NCBI GenBank assembly: GCA_035493515.1
Contig: DATJID010000035.1
Coordinates: 43,422-107,421 of the forward strand
Source of the DNA: Candidatus Binataceae bacterium
Lineage (GTDB): Bacteria > Desulfobacterota > Binatia > Binatales > Binataceae
Direction of reading: 5' to 3'
Length of the DNA stretch: 64,000 bases
The position numbers and the translations under genes were made by a program. The notes beneath the pieces were generated by a model. That model had not been told where the DNA came from. It searched no databases and saw only the letters and a list, made by a program, of their open reading frames with translations. This document shows, piece after piece, positions 9,204 to 19,350 of the stretch (position 1 is the stretch's first letter; each line of letters opens with the position of its first letter).

Positions 9204-10595
9204 GTGAGAATCGCGCTTGACGCGATGGGGGGTGACCTCGCCCCCAAGGCGACCGTGGAGGGCGCGGTCGCGGCCGCGCGCGACTTCGGCATCGAGATCG
9301 TCCTGGTCGGCGACCTCGATCTGGTGACGCGCGAGGTAACCGAACACAGGACCGACGGGCTTAAAATAACCGTCGAGCACGCGCCCGAGAGCGTCGCGAT
9401 GGACGAGTCGCCGATGGAGTCGGTGCTTACCAAGCCGCACTCCTCGATCCACGTCGGCCTCGAAATGGTCAAGCGCGGCGACGCGAGCGCGTTCGTCAGC
9501 GCCGGCAACTCGGGCGCCGTGATGGCGGCGGCAATGATGATTCTAGGCACTTTGCCCGGAGTAGACCGACCCGCGATCGCTTCGCTGGTACCCGCCAGCG
9601 ATGGCTTCGCGCTGCTGATCGATGCCGGCGCCAATACCGACGTCAAACCGGCCAACCTCGCGCAATTCGCCGTGATGGGGAGCGTGTACGCCCATCGCGT
9701 GCGCGGAGTGCCCAACCCCCGCGTCGGTATCCTGGCCAATGGCGAAGAGGAGTCTAAGGGCAACGACTTGACCCGGGCTGCAGCGGCGATGCTCGGTGGG
9801 ATGCGCGAGTCGGTCGATTACATCGGCTACGTCGAGGGCCGCGACATCAACCGCGGCAAGGCCGACGTGGTGGTGACCGACGGCTTCACCGGCAACGTGG
9901 CGCTCAAGACCATGGAAGGCTTCGCGTCCTTCCTGCTCGGCAATCTGCGCGACGTGTTCGGCACTGTTTTCGGCCGTGTCGCCTACCTGCTGGTGCGCAA
10001 GCGCCTGAGCGCAATCCGTGAACGCCTGGATCCCTCCGAATATGGCGGCGCGCCGCTTTTGGGACTCGCCGGAGTCACCATCATCGCCCATGGCTCGTCC
10101 AATCCGCGCGCCATCCGCAACGCGATTCGCGCCGCCGCCAACGAGGCGCTGGTCGAGCGCGTCAACGCCGAAATTGTCGAGATGCTCGCGCGCCACATCT
10201 CCGCAATCCCCGCCAAGTCCGCGGGCAAGGGCTTTCGCGCGCTGCTGGATCGGATGCGCGAGCGGCTGCATCGCCATCCCCGCGAGGGCGCTCAGCCGCA
10301 GGCCCACACGGGGCCTCCTTCATCCGCGTCCTCGGCGACGCATCCGTCGACTTCAGACCAGGCGGCTACTACGACCCCGCCCGCGCCAAGCGCGAAAGCC
10401 GCCGCGCCCGAGCATCCGACGGCCGACCCTGTCGGCTCCGAGAAGGTTATCTCGGTCAACGGAGCCGCAGGGGGCGGCGGCGGGGGAATGCACGGCGATG
10501 GCGCCCATGATGCTACGCACAAGGCGGCCGGGGACACAGCGGAAGAACCGTCGCCTCATACCGAACCGACTCCGCATAAGCCCGAGCCGTCCTGA
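9204..10595 (+). CDS. plsX: phosphate acyltransferase PlsX with ~120 aa low-complexity C-terminal extension
   Basis: MRIALDAMGGDLAPKATVEGA... is a PlsX core of ~340 aa. A Pro/Ala/Ser/Thr-rich tail follows (PSSASSATHPSTSDQAATTTPPAPS...HKPEPS). Confidence 0.85.
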   Translation: MRIALDAMGGDLAPKATVEGAVAAARDFGIEIVLVGDLDLVTREVTEHRTDGLKITVEHAPESVAMDESPMESVLTKPHSSIHVGLEMVKRGDASAFVSAGNSGAVMAAAMMILGTLPGVDRPAIASLVPASDGFALLIDAGANTDVKPANLAQFAVMGSVYAHRVRGVPNPRVGILANGEEESKGNDLTRAAAAMLGGMRESVDYIGYVEGRDINRGKADVVVTDGFTGNVALKTMEGFASFLLGNLRDVFGTVFGRVAYLLVRKRLSAIRERLDPSEYGGAPLLGLAGVTIIAHGSSNPRAIRNAIRAAANEALVERVNAEIVEMLARHISAIPAKSAGKGFRALLDRMRERLHRHPREGAQPQAHTGPPSSASSATHPSTSDQAATTTPPAPSAKAAAPEHPTADPVGSEKVISVNGAAGGGGGGMHGDGAHDATHKAAGDTAEEPSPHTEPTPHKPEPS

Positions 10596-10736
10596 TATTC
10601 ACGCCCTCGAAATTCACAACCGCGCGAAAGCTCGCTTCGAAAACAACATCGTCCAAGATTTAGATCCTTAAGTAGAGATTTGCATCATGAAGATTGACAT
10701 CGGGAAGACTGGCGTTGGTGCCATTAAGGTTGGCAG

Positions 10737-11693
10737 ATGAAGGTTGCATTTCTGTTTCCCGGACAGGGGGCGCAGCGGGTCGGTATGGGAGCCGAGTTAG
10801 CGCGCGAATTTTCCGCCGCGCGCGAGGCTTTCAACGAGGCCGACGAGGCGTTGGGATTCAAACTGTCGAAGCTATGCTTCGAGGGGCCGGAGGAGGATTT
10901 GCGCCTCACCACAAATACGCAGCCAGCGACGCTGGCGACGTCGATCGCCGCGCTACGTGCATTTACGGCCGAGTATGGCGTCGAGGCCGAGATTGCCGCG
11001 GGCCACAGCCTCGGCGAATATACGGCGCTGGTCGCCGCGGGTGCGCTCGAGTTTGCGGCGGCGCTCCGCGCGGTCCGCGAGCGCGGCCGCCAGATGCAGG
11101 AGGCTTGCCCCGCAGGTCAGGGCTCGATGGCCGCGCTTATCGGGCTCGACCTTGCGGCAGTGCGCGAGGTCTGCGAGCAGGTCTCTCAAGGCGGCCAGAT
11201 CGCAGTGCCCGCGAATCTCAACGCGCCGGGCCAGATCGTGATCGCCGGGCATGCCGCGGCCGTCAGGCGCGCGATCGAAATTGCCAAGGAGCGTGGCGCC
11301 GGAGCGTCGGTCGAGTTAAAAGTGAGCGCGCCGTTTCATTCGCCGTTGATGCAACCGGCCCGAGACGGGATGGAGCCGGTGATCGCGGCGCTACAGGTGA
11401 CCTCGTTTCGCTTCGGCGTGATCGCCAACGTGACCGCGGAAGTTAATCGCGATCCGGCGCGGGTCAAGCCGCTGCTCCTGGAGCAGATCACCGCGCCGGT
11501 GCGCTGGGAGGAATCGATGGCGCGGCTCAGCGCCTCGGGTGCGGCCAGCGCGCTTGAGTTCGGCGCGGGCCGCGTGCTGGCGGGTCTGATGCGGCGTATC
11601 GAAAAGGGCTTCAAGGTGCGATCGGTGGAAGATGCGGCCTCGTTGCGGGCGTCCGGCCAGGCGCTGGCGGAGGAGGTCGCGCCAAGCACGTAG
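10737..11693 (+). CDS. fabD: malonyl-CoA:ACP transacylase
   Basis: FLFPGQGAQ, GHSLGEYTALVAAG, ~318 aa. Confidence 0.9.
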   Translation: MKVAFLFPGQGAQRVGMGAELAREFSAAREAFNEADEALGFKLSKLCFEGPEEDLRLTTNTQPATLATSIAALRAFTAEYGVEAEIAAGHSLGEYTALVAAGALEFAAALRAVRERGRQMQEACPAGQGSMAALIGLDLAAVREVCEQVSQGGQIAVPANLNAPGQIVIAGHAAAVRRAIEIAKERGAGASVELKVSAPFHSPLMQPARDGMEPVIAALQVTSFRFGVIANVTAEVNRDPARVKPLLLEQITAPVRWEESMARLSASGAASALEFGAGRVLAGLMRRIEKGFKVRSVEDAASLRASGQALAEEVAPST

Positions 11694-11984
11694 CAGGGCA
11701 CGCGTGGAAAGCGTGGCGGGGTATGGATGACGGCGGCCTTTGGCGGCTGGGAGCAGCCAGCGAAATCCGCCTTGCCGCTCTTTTCTCGGCCGAGGCCCCA
11801 ACTTGCCTAGTCGGGGCTAACTCCCTAAGCTGCGCTGTAACGTTTGCTGGCCCGGGGGAGATGCCGCCAATGCGCGTGCGGGCACGATCCGGCGCAGGCG
11901 GAACGGAATCAACCGTAGTCCAACGAATATAACGAGCGCGGCGCGCCACCCCCGGCGCAGACCGGCAGGAGGAAAGCAACCACG

Positions 11985-12224
11985 ATGGCTGGAGAAGTCG
12001 AAACCAAGGTTCGCGAAATTATCAGCGAGCAGCTCGGCGTGTCCGCCGATGAAGTGACCCCGGAGGCGTCATTTATCGAGGACCTCGGCGCTGATTCGCT
12101 CGATATCGTCGAACTGGTGATGGCGCTGGAAGAGCAGTATGGGATGGAGATTTCGGACGAAGACGCCGAGAAAATCCGCACCGTCAAGGATGTCGTCGCC
12201 TACATCGAAGCGCACAAGGCCTGA
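11985..12224 (+). CDS. acpP: acyl carrier protein
   Basis: [17 protein letters not shown] with the phosphopantetheine-attachment Ser; AGGAGGA RBS upstream. Confidence 0.9.
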   Translation: MAGEVETKVREIISEQLGVSADEVTPEASFIEDLGADSLDIVELVMALEEQYGMEISDEDAEKIRTVKDVVAYIEAHKA

Positions 12225-12395
12225 CCTTCGCACTGCACCTCCGCTCTCCAAAGCTTGCGAACGGCGCCTCGACGCCGACCCCGAAGGACGTATGGGCGGT
12301 CTCCTTGCGGTGAATTCGAGGCGCATTCGCGAGCCCTCCCCTAACCGGGTGCGCCCGGGCTTAGCCGGCCGCAGTTGGCGCGCTAGACTCACTTC

Positions 12396-12929
12396 ATGAG
12401 ATGCCCGTATTGCCGCCATCGCGGCAACCGCGTGGTGGACTCGCGGCTGAGCGGTGATGGCGCGACGATCCGTCGACGCCGGATGTGCTCGTCGTGCAAG
12501 CGGCGCTTTACGACTTACGAGCGGGTCGAAGAATCCGTACCGATGGTGGTTAAGAAAGACAACCGGCGCGAGCCGTTCGATCGCGCCAAAATAGTTTCCG
12601 GTCTCAAGAAGGCGTGCGAGAAGCGTCCGGTCTCGATGGAGACCATCGAGCAGATCGCCGACCGCATCGAGGCCGCGGTTGCCGAGCAGGGCGGACGCGA
12701 AGTCCTGAGTTCCGTGATCGGCGGCGCGATCATGAATGAATTGCATAGCGTTGACCAGGTCGCCTACGTGCGCTTCGCCTCAGTCTATCGATCATTCAAA
12801 GACATCGACGAATTCATGCACGAGCTGGAAGACCTGATCCGGCTGCGCAAGGAAACCGGCGCGCCCCCCACGCCCACTCGCGACCGCAAAGGTGAGCACG
12901 CTTCCCGCAAGGGCGAGCCCGCTTCCTAA
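12396..12929 (+). CDS. nrdR: transcriptional repressor NrdR
   Basis: [19 protein letters not shown]...[15 protein letters not shown] is the zinc-ribbon plus ATP-cone NrdR signature. Confidence 0.9.
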   Translation: MRCPYCRHRGNRVVDSRLSGDGATIRRRRMCSSCKRRFTTYERVEESVPMVVKKDNRREPFDRAKIVSGLKKACEKRPVSMETIEQIADRIEAAVAEQGGREVLSSVIGGAIMNELHSVDQVAYVRFASVYRSFKDIDEFMHELEDLIRLRKETGAPPTPTRDRKGEHASRKGEPAS

Positions 12930-12935
12930 GCCGCC

Positions 12936-14084
12936 GTGCCCGCCACTCCGGCCTCTTACGTCGATTCACGCTACATGCGCAAGGCGCTTGCGCTCGCGCG
13001 CCGGATGCTCGGACGAACCTCGCCCAACCCGGCCGTGGGATGTGTGATCGTGCGCGGCGGCCAACGTGGTGCACGGATCGTCGGCCAAGGAGCGACCGCG
13101 GCCGGCGGCCGCCCGCATGCCGAGGCTGTGGCGCTCGCCCGCGCGGGTGCCAGGGCGCGCGGCGCGACGGCCTACGTGACGTTCGAGCCATGCGCGCATC
13201 AGGGACGCACGCCGCCATGTGCGCGCGCGCTGGTGGAGGCGGGGGTGCGGCGGGTGGTGATCGGATGCGTCGATCCGTATCCGCCGGTGCGCGGGCGCGG
13301 CGTCGCCATGCTGCGCGCCGCGGGAGTCGAAGTCGTAAGTGGCGTACTCGAAGACGAATGCCGCCGCCTGAACCTTGGCTTCATCACCCGGGTAACCCGC
13401 GGACGGCCGTTTGTGACGCTCAAGCTCGCGCTCTCGCTCGACGGCCGAATCGCCGCCGCTTCGGGCGATTCGAAATGGATCAGCTCGCCCGCATCGCGCG
13501 CGCTGGTCCATCGCTGGCGCAATGAGGCCGACGCGGTGATGGTCGGTGCGGGGACCGTGGCGGCTGACAATCCGCTCCTGACCTGCCGAATTGCGGGCGG
13601 ACGCGACCCCGCGCGAGTCGTCATCGACGGACGCTTACGATGTTCTCCGCTGGCACGGGTGTTCGTTGAGCGGTCGGCGGCGGCGGCGCTTTTAGTGACA
13701 ACTTCGGCCAACGCGGCGCGCGCAAGGCGCCGTTGGGGCGCCGGCGGGCGCGTCGAGGTCATCGGATGCGCGGGGCGGGGCGGCGAAATCGACCTTCGCG
13801 CCCTGATGCGCGAGCTTGGGCGGCGCGGATGGTGCAACGTGCTGATCGAGGGCGGCGCGCATCTGGCCGGCGCGGCGCTTGGAGCGGGAATCGTCGATCG
13901 CGTCGCCTTCTTCGTCGCGCCGATCGTGATTGGCGCGGGCACCCCTGCGGTGGAGGGCCTCGGCTTCGCGCGCGTACGCCACGCGATCGCGCTTGGCGGC
14001 CTCGGCGTGCGGCGGCTCGGCGTCGACCTACTGATGGAGGCGGAAGTCGCCCCCCGGCGCCGCGCCCGGTCACGCCGGACCTGA
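12936..14084 (+). CDS. ribD: bifunctional riboflavin biosynthesis deaminase/reductase RibD
   Basis: Deaminase motif HAEAVAL...TAYVTFEPCAHQGRTPPC, then the reductase domain. GTG start in the track; an alternative ATG is at 12975. Confidence 0.85.
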   Translation: MPATPASYVDSRYMRKALALARRMLGRTSPNPAVGCVIVRGGQRGARIVGQGATAAGGRPHAEAVALARAGARARGATAYVTFEPCAHQGRTPPCARALVEAGVRRVVIGCVDPYPPVRGRGVAMLRAAGVEVVSGVLEDECRRLNLGFITRVTRGRPFVTLKLALSLDGRIAAASGDSKWISSPASRALVHRWRNEADAVMVGAGTVAADNPLLTCRIAGGRDPARVVIDGRLRCSPLARVFVERSAAAALLVTTSANAARARRRWGAGGRVEVIGCAGRGGEIDLRALMRELGRRGWCNVLIEGGAHLAGAALGAGIVDRVAFFVAPIVIGAGTPAVEGLGFARVRHAIALGGLGVRRLGVDLLMEAEVAPRRRARSRRT

Positions 14085-14141
14085 AATGGGCGCGCTGGTC
14101 AGCTTACGGAGGCGGTGATAATATTCGAGTCCGAATTCGCG

Positions 14142-15359
14142 ATGGTCAAGTCATCCAAATCGCTGGAAGAGATCTTCAGCCGTATCCGCGCCGCCAAGAT
14201 GGTCTTGATGGTAATGGAGGAAGGCGAGGAGGCGGAGGGTGACGTCGTGATGGCCGGCGAGAAAGTGACCCCGGATCACGTCAACTTCATGGCGCGGCAC
14301 GCGCGCGGCGTGGTCTCGGTCGCGTTGCCCGAGCGGCGGATGCGCGAGATGGGCATTCCGCTGGTCGCCTCGCCCCAGAGCGAGATCGCCGATGAGCAGG
14401 CAGGGTCGCTAGTCGAGGCGCGCGAGGGCGTGACCACCGGAATCTCCGCGCACGACCGCGCCCGCACCATCCAGGTGCTGGCCTCCGACAAGAGCGGTCC
14501 GCAGGACATCGTGATGCCGGGCCACGTGCTGCCGCTGATGGCGCTGAGCGGCGGCGTGATGATGCGGCTGGGACGCGCCGAGGGCGCAGTTGACCTGATG
14601 AGGGCGGCCGGCATGCGTCCGTGTGCTGCGATGTGTTCGGTATTGCGGGAGGATGGCGACGCTGCGCGCCTGGGCGAGTTGCGCGAGTTCGCCGCGGCCC
14701 ACGATCTTCCGATCCTGTTCGTCAAGGACCTGGTTTCCTATCGCCTGACCAACGAACTGCTGGTGCAGCGTGTCGCCGACGTCGACTTTCCGATCGATTC
14801 CGGTGAGCTTAAGGCAGTGGTTTTTCGCAGCACGGTTGACGGCCGCGAGCATCTGGCGCTGGTCAAGGGCAACGTTGGCGGCGGCCGGCCGGCGCTCGTG
14901 CGGCTGCACTCGCAATGCCTTACCGGCGATGTGTTCGGCTCCGAGCGTTGCGACTGCGGAGAGCAACTGGCGGAATCAATCGAGCGCATCCTGGCCGCCG
15001 AAGCCGGCGTGATCATCTATCTGCATCAGGAAGGGCGCGGAATCGGCCTTGCGAACAAGATCAAGGCCTACGCACTTCAAGACCAGGGCCTCGATACGGT
15101 TGAGGCCAATTTGCAGCTCGGGTTCAAGGAAGATTTGCGCGACTACGGAATCGGCGCCCAAATCCTGCGCGACCTCGGAGTGGGCGAGGCCCGGCTGTTG
15201 ACCAACAATCCGCACAAGATCGAAAGCCTGCAAAGCTACGGCGTGCGCGTGAGCCGCGTGCCGCTCGAAGTGGCGCCACACATGGGCAATATCGACTACT
15301 TGCGCACCAAGAAGGAGAAGCTTGGCCATCTCTTCTCCAAACTCAAGGTCATCACGTAG
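14142..15359 (+). CDS. ribBA: bifunctional DHBP synthase / GTP cyclohydrolase II
   Basis: RibB half (MVLMVMEEGEEAEGDVVMAGEKVTPDHVNFM) then RibA half (RLHSQCLTGDVFGSERCDCGEQL). ATG at 14142 is preferred over the track GTG at 14115. Confidence 0.85.
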   Translation: MVKSSKSLEEIFSRIRAAKMVLMVMEEGEEAEGDVVMAGEKVTPDHVNFMARHARGVVSVALPERRMREMGIPLVASPQSEIADEQAGSLVEAREGVTTGISAHDRARTIQVLASDKSGPQDIVMPGHVLPLMALSGGVMMRLGRAEGAVDLMRAAGMRPCAAMCSVLREDGDAARLGELREFAAAHDLPILFVKDLVSYRLTNELLVQRVADVDFPIDSGELKAVVFRSTVDGREHLALVKGNVGGGRPALVRLHSQCLTGDVFGSERCDCGEQLAESIERILAAEAGVIIYLHQEGRGIGLANKIKAYALQDQGLDTVEANLQLGFKEDLRDYGIGAQILRDLGVGEARLLTNNPHKIESLQSYGVRVSRVPLEVAPHMGNIDYLRTKKEKLGHLFSKLKVIT

Positions 15360-15430
15360 GTTGCGCCGGGGCTCCGTCGGCGGAGCCTGCGCGACCGGCG
15401 CGAGTATCAGAGGGCCGGCGGTTTTTGGCC

Positions 15431-15892
15431 ATGGGACTCAGACATCTGGGGCGAGAGTTCGCGCTCAAGGCGCTTTACCAAATCGACATCCGCGGCGGCA
15501 CCTCGGGCGAGGAGCTGGCGCTGCTGTTCGAGAGCTTCCAGGCCGACGACCGCGCACGCAAGTTCGCGGTCGAATTGGTCACGGGCGTGGAACGCGAACG
15601 CGGGGCGCTCGACCAGCAGGTGGCCGGCGCGCTAGAGCATTGGACGGTAGGGCGCCTTTCGCGGGTGGACCACAATATCCTCCGGATCGCGCTCTACGAG
15701 CTATTGTGGATGAACGAGATTCCAGCTCGCGTCACGCTGGACGAAGCGATCGAGTTGGCCAAGGCCTATGGCGACCAGGACTCGGGACGCTTCGTTAATG
15801 GCGTGCTGGACGAACTCGCGGGGCGGCTGGGACTCAAGCAAAAGGGTGAGGAGCGTGGCGTTGGCGAGCGAGGGTTCGACAAAGAGCACTAG
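15431..15892 (+). CDS. nusB: transcription antitermination factor NusB
   Basis: REFALKALYQIDI... NusB fold, located after rib genes as usual. ATG at 15431; the track TTG start is at 15425. Confidence 0.85.
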   Translation: MGLRHLGREFALKALYQIDIRGGTSGEELALLFESFQADDRARKFAVELVTGVERERGALDQQVAGALEHWTVGRLSRVDHNILRIALYELLWMNEIPARVTLDEAIELAKAYGDQDSGRFVNGVLDELAGRLGLKQKGEERGVGERGFDKEH

Positions 15893-15908
15893 GGTTTGGT
15901 TCGGGGCG

Positions 15909-16472
15909 ATGCTGGGCGTGCTGCTCGTGGCCTCGGGCTGCGGTTATCATTTCGCGTCGGCGGGAAGCGGTTTGCCGCAGGACGCCAAGACGATTTACGT
16001 CGCTCGCTTCAGTAATACCTCGCGCTTCACCGGCTACAACGATCAGTTCATGCGTTACATGAAGGATCAGATCGCCGAGCACAAACGCCTGCAATTGGTC
16101 GACGAGCCCGCACAGGCCGACCTTGTACTGACCGGTCAAATCCTGCGCGTCGAAACTACCCCGGCGGGCTTCAACGGGGTCTCCGAAGCCAGCATCTATC
16201 AGCAATACATGGTCGTGCGCGCGCAGTTGGAGGACCGGCACACCGACAAAGTGCTGTGGGCCAATGTGCTTAGCAGTATCGACCAGTTCCCGACGGTTTC
16301 ATCGACCGTGGTCACGACCTCGCCTGAATTCCTGCAGCAGAACCTGCGCTCGCAGGACATCGCCAACCTGCCCGACATACAGGTCGCGCAAACCCAACAG
16401 GCCGCCTCGAGCACCCAGATGATGACTAAGATGGCCCAGAACATTTACTCCGCGATGTCCGAAGGGTTCTAG
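15909..16472 (+). CDS. lipoprotein, LptE-like (LPS-assembly lipoprotein); assignment tentative
   Basis: Signal peptide with lipobox (MLGVLLVASGCGYHF). Size ~187 aa and the GCGYHF start resemble LptE GCGFHLRG. The ATG at 15909 follows the nusB stop; the upstream part of track ORF 15768 overlaps nusB. Confidence 0.45.
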   Translation: MLGVLLVASGCGYHFASAGSGLPQDAKTIYVARFSNTSRFTGYNDQFMRYMKDQIAEHKRLQLVDEPAQADLVLTGQILRVETTPAGFNGVSEASIYQQYMVVRAQLEDRHTDKVLWANVLSSIDQFPTVSSTVVTTSPEFLQQNLRSQDIANLPDIQVAQTQQAASSTQMMTKMAQNIYSAMSEGF

Positions 16473-16548
16473 ACAGTATCGATCGACCACCGTCATGGCC
16501 TGGTCGATCCAGCGCAGTAACCGACTCGCTTCGCCGAAAAATCACCAC

Positions 16549-17754
16549 TCATTTCCGCTGCGATGAAGGTGGCGGCGCCGGATTTGTTTGTGTCGCCGGC
16601 GGTGCGGTGTTGACCTCCGGGCTGTAGGGCAGCGGTTCGGCGGGCGTATAGCTCGGCGAGGCAGTGGTGCTGAACGGATGTGTCAGGCTGTACGCGCCTC
16701 TGAACAGTGAGAAGCCCCATCCACTTGCGCTCACCAGGTTGGTGGTTTTGTTGTACAGCGACGGATCGTTGACCAGCAGGCCGAGGGTGCCCTGGCGGCC
16801 GTTGATTTTGTCGAGAACCTCGCGCACGTCGTCCGAAGACCGGCGCAAGTTGCTCATCACCTGGCCGGCGTACGTCTGGTCTTCCATCAACTGCGGCAGC
16901 AGGCCACGGGCGCGATCCATGCGCGCCACCAGATCCTGAAGTTGCGTCGAGGTCTGCTGGAGGTTTGCCGACGCCGTGCGCATTGAGGCTGCCGCACTGG
17001 TGATATTCGCGACCACCCGCTTGCCGTCATTCTCCGGACTCAGCATGGCCCCGATTACGCCCTGGCCGCGGTCGACGCGATCGATCGCTAGGTCGAGTTT
17101 GGCGGTCAATGTCTGGAGACCGTCCAGAGTCTGCCTGATCGAAGCCAGAGTAAGCGTCTTTGCGTTCGGATTGGAGGGTCCCTTGATAAGTTCAGCGAGG
17201 ATCCCGTTGCCCTGGTTCGCCGTCTCGAGCAGCTGCCGCAGCGAGTTGGAGATCGCGATAACGTTGGCCACCAGGTCGCCGGTGCCGCGGGCCTGGAGCA
17301 GCGCCGCATAATTGACTGGATTCTGGCTTTTTAACAGCGCGTCGCCTTTTACCGACGCCGCCTCAGGGGTTCCTGCCGTCAGCAGCAGGAACTTATCTCC
17401 CAGCAACCCGAGCGATTCTATTTTCGCCACCGAATCTGTGCGCACCCGCTGAACCGCGTTAGCTTCGATCCTGAGCCGTACGACAACGTAGTTTGCGCGC
17501 CGATCGCTGGGAAACTGGATCGAGGCGACCGAGCCGATGTTCACGCCGGAGAGAAAAACCGGCGCCCCTATCTGCAGGCCGTTTACCCGCTGAAAGCGCG
17601 CCGTCAGCTCCTCGCTGCCACTGAGCCATCGCAGGCCGCCGCCGATCGAGAAGATCGCCATCGCCAGGATCGCGATTCCGATTACCATTACGATCCCGAC
17701 CCGCAGTGAATGACTGCCCTGTTCCGCCATGGTCTGAAATCTCCCTGCTGGCAC
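16549..17754 (-). CDS. mlaD: MCE-family protein (MlaD-like) with Pro-rich C-terminal tail
   Basis: N-terminal TM helix plus MCE domain (RFQRVNGLQIGAPVFLSGVNIGSVASIQ). Lies downstream of mlaF-mlaE on the same strand. Confidence 0.75.
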   Translation of the reverse strand: MPAGRFQTMAEQGSHSLRVGIVMVIGIAILAMAIFSIGGGLRWLSGSEELTARFQRVNGLQIGAPVFLSGVNIGSVASIQFPSDRRANYVVVRLRIEANAVQRVRTDSVAKIESLGLLGDKFLLLTAGTPEAASVKGDALLKSQNPVNYAALLQARGTGDLVANVIAISNSLRQLLETANQGNGILAELIKGPSNPNAKTLTLASIRQTLDGLQTLTAKLDLAIDRVDRGQGVIGAMLSPENDGKRVVANITSAAASMRTASANLQQTSTQLQDLVARMDRARGLLPQLMEDQTYAGQVMSNLRRSSDDVREVLDKINGRQGTLGLLVNDPSLYNKTTNLVSASGWGFSLFRGAYSLTHPFSTTASPSYTPAEPLPYSPEVNTAPPATQTNPAPPPSSQRK

Positions 17755-17760
17755 GCCGGT

Positions 17761-18507
17761 TCAAAACGCGGCCTTGAGAAACTCCCGCATCAATTCGTCG
17801 CCCGTGCTGCGCACTTCCTCCGCGCTTCCCATAAAGCGTATGCGCCCGTGATCGAGCAGGGCAAATCGGTCGCCTACCGAGAACGCGCTTTTGAGGTCGT
17901 GCGTCACTACCACCGAAGTAAAACCGAGGCGCCGCTGCATGCTGCGAATCAATTCGTTGATATGCATCGTCACGATCGGATCGAGCCCGGTGGTCGGCTC
18001 GTCATAGAGCACCGCGCGCGGCTCCAGCGCGATCGCGCGCGCCAGCGCGACGCGCTTCTTCATTCCTCCCGACAATTCCGCCGGATAAAGCCGCTCCGTG
18101 CCCTTAAGATCGACCATCGCGAGCAGTTCGGCGACGCGGGCGGCAATTTGCGGCTCGGTCAACGCCGCATGCTCGCGCAGCGGATAGCTGATGTTGCCGT
18201 ACACGGTTTGCGAGTCGAACAGCGCGCCCAGCTGAAAGACCATCGCCACCTTGCGGCGCACGTCGTAGAGCTGGTTTTCATCGAGTCCGTTGAGCGAGCG
18301 TCCGTCGATCCAGACCTCGCCACGGTCAGGCATGACCAGGCCGTTTAGATGGCGCAGGATCACGCTCTTGCCTTCGCCGCTTCCGCCCAGCACCACCAGG
18401 GTCTCGCCCTCGCGTACGTCGAAGTCGACCCCCTCCAGCACGGGCTTGCCGTTGAAGCTCTTGGCCAGACCGCGCACGCTGATATACGGCCGCTTTTGGT
18501 CGGTCAT
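17761..18507 (-). CDS. mlaF: ABC transporter ATP-binding protein MlaF
   Basis: Walker A GGSGEGKS, signature LSGGMKKRVALARA. Start MTDQKRPY at 18507 overlaps the mlaE stop by 4 nt; the N-terminal 44 aa of the track ORF are Arg/Gly-rich junk. Confidence 0.8.
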   Translation of the reverse strand: MTDQKRPYISVRGLAKSFNGKPVLEGVDFDVREGETLVVLGGSGEGKSVILRHLNGLVMPDRGEVWIDGRSLNGLDENQLYDVRRKVAMVFQLGALFDSQTVYGNISYPLREHAALTEPQIAARVAELLAMVDLKGTERLYPAELSGGMKKRVALARAIALEPRAVLYDEPTTGLDPIVTMHINELIRSMQRRLGFTSVVVTHDLKSAFSVGDRFALLDHGRIRFMGSAEEVRSTGDELMREFLKAAF

Positions 18508-19262
18508 CCGATCGCCATGAATAGCTTGGTCAAAAAGAAGTCGGAAACCAGCACGCCGATCGAGGCCGCCACCACCGCCGAAGTGGTCGCCCGCCCCACG
18601 CCGTCGGCCCCGCCGGTTGCGCCGAGGCCCTTGCTGCATGCGATGATCGAAATGAGATAGCCGAAGAACACCGCCTTGCCGAGGCCGCTGGTCAGATCGC
18701 CCAACCGCGTGTGTTGCACCATCGAGGAAAAAAAATAGCCGGCGGTGAGCCCGAGCTGAGTGACCGCGATTATCAGTCCGCCGACCAGTCCCACCGCGTC
18801 CGAGATAACCGTCAGCACCGGCAGCATCAGCACCGTCGCCAGCACCCTCGGGACCACCAGCTTCTTGACCGGGCTAGTCGCCAGCGCGCGCATCGCATCG
18901 ATCTGTTCGGTGACCTTCATGCTGCCGAGTTCGGCGGTGATTCCCGCGCCGACTCGCGCGCCGATCATCAGCGCGGTCAGCACAGGACCCATCTCGCGGA
19001 ACAGCGACAGCCCCATGATGCGGCTGATGTAAATCTTGGCGCCAAAGCGGGCGAGAAACTGGCCCATCTGCAGCGCCAGCACCATCCCGGTGAAGATTGC
19101 GGTAAGATTGACAACGTTGAGCGAGCGCACGCCAACGCTGTCGAGTTGTTCCACCAACAGGCCGACCTCGAACGGTCGGCGCAGCGCCTGGCGGACGCAT
19201 TCGCGAGTCAGCAGACCGATGTCGCCGAGTTGTTCGAGGAAACGCTTGAAGGCTTGACCCAT
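18504..19262 (-). CDS. mlaE: ABC transporter permease MlaE
   Basis: Multi-TM permease of MlaE length (252 aa), in the operon with mlaF and mlaD. Confidence 0.8.
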   Translation of the reverse strand: MGQAFKRFLEQLGDIGLLTRECVRQALRRPFEVGLLVEQLDSVGVRSLNVVNLTAIFTGMVLALQMGQFLARFGAKIYISRIMGLSLFREMGPVLTALMIGARVGAGITAELGSMKVTEQIDAMRALATSPVKKLVVPRVLATVLMLPVLTVISDAVGLVGGLIIAVTQLGLTAGYFFSSMVQHTRLGDLTSGLGKAVFFGYLISIIACSKGLGATGGADGVGRATTSAVVAASIGVLVSDFFLTKLFMAIG

Positions 19263-19350
19263 CGCTTAACCGCAGCCCAACGCCGAGAGGGTAGGTGAAG
19301 CCGCGCGACGCGGCAACCACAGCGGGCCGCCGCGAAAGTAAAAACGGCGC

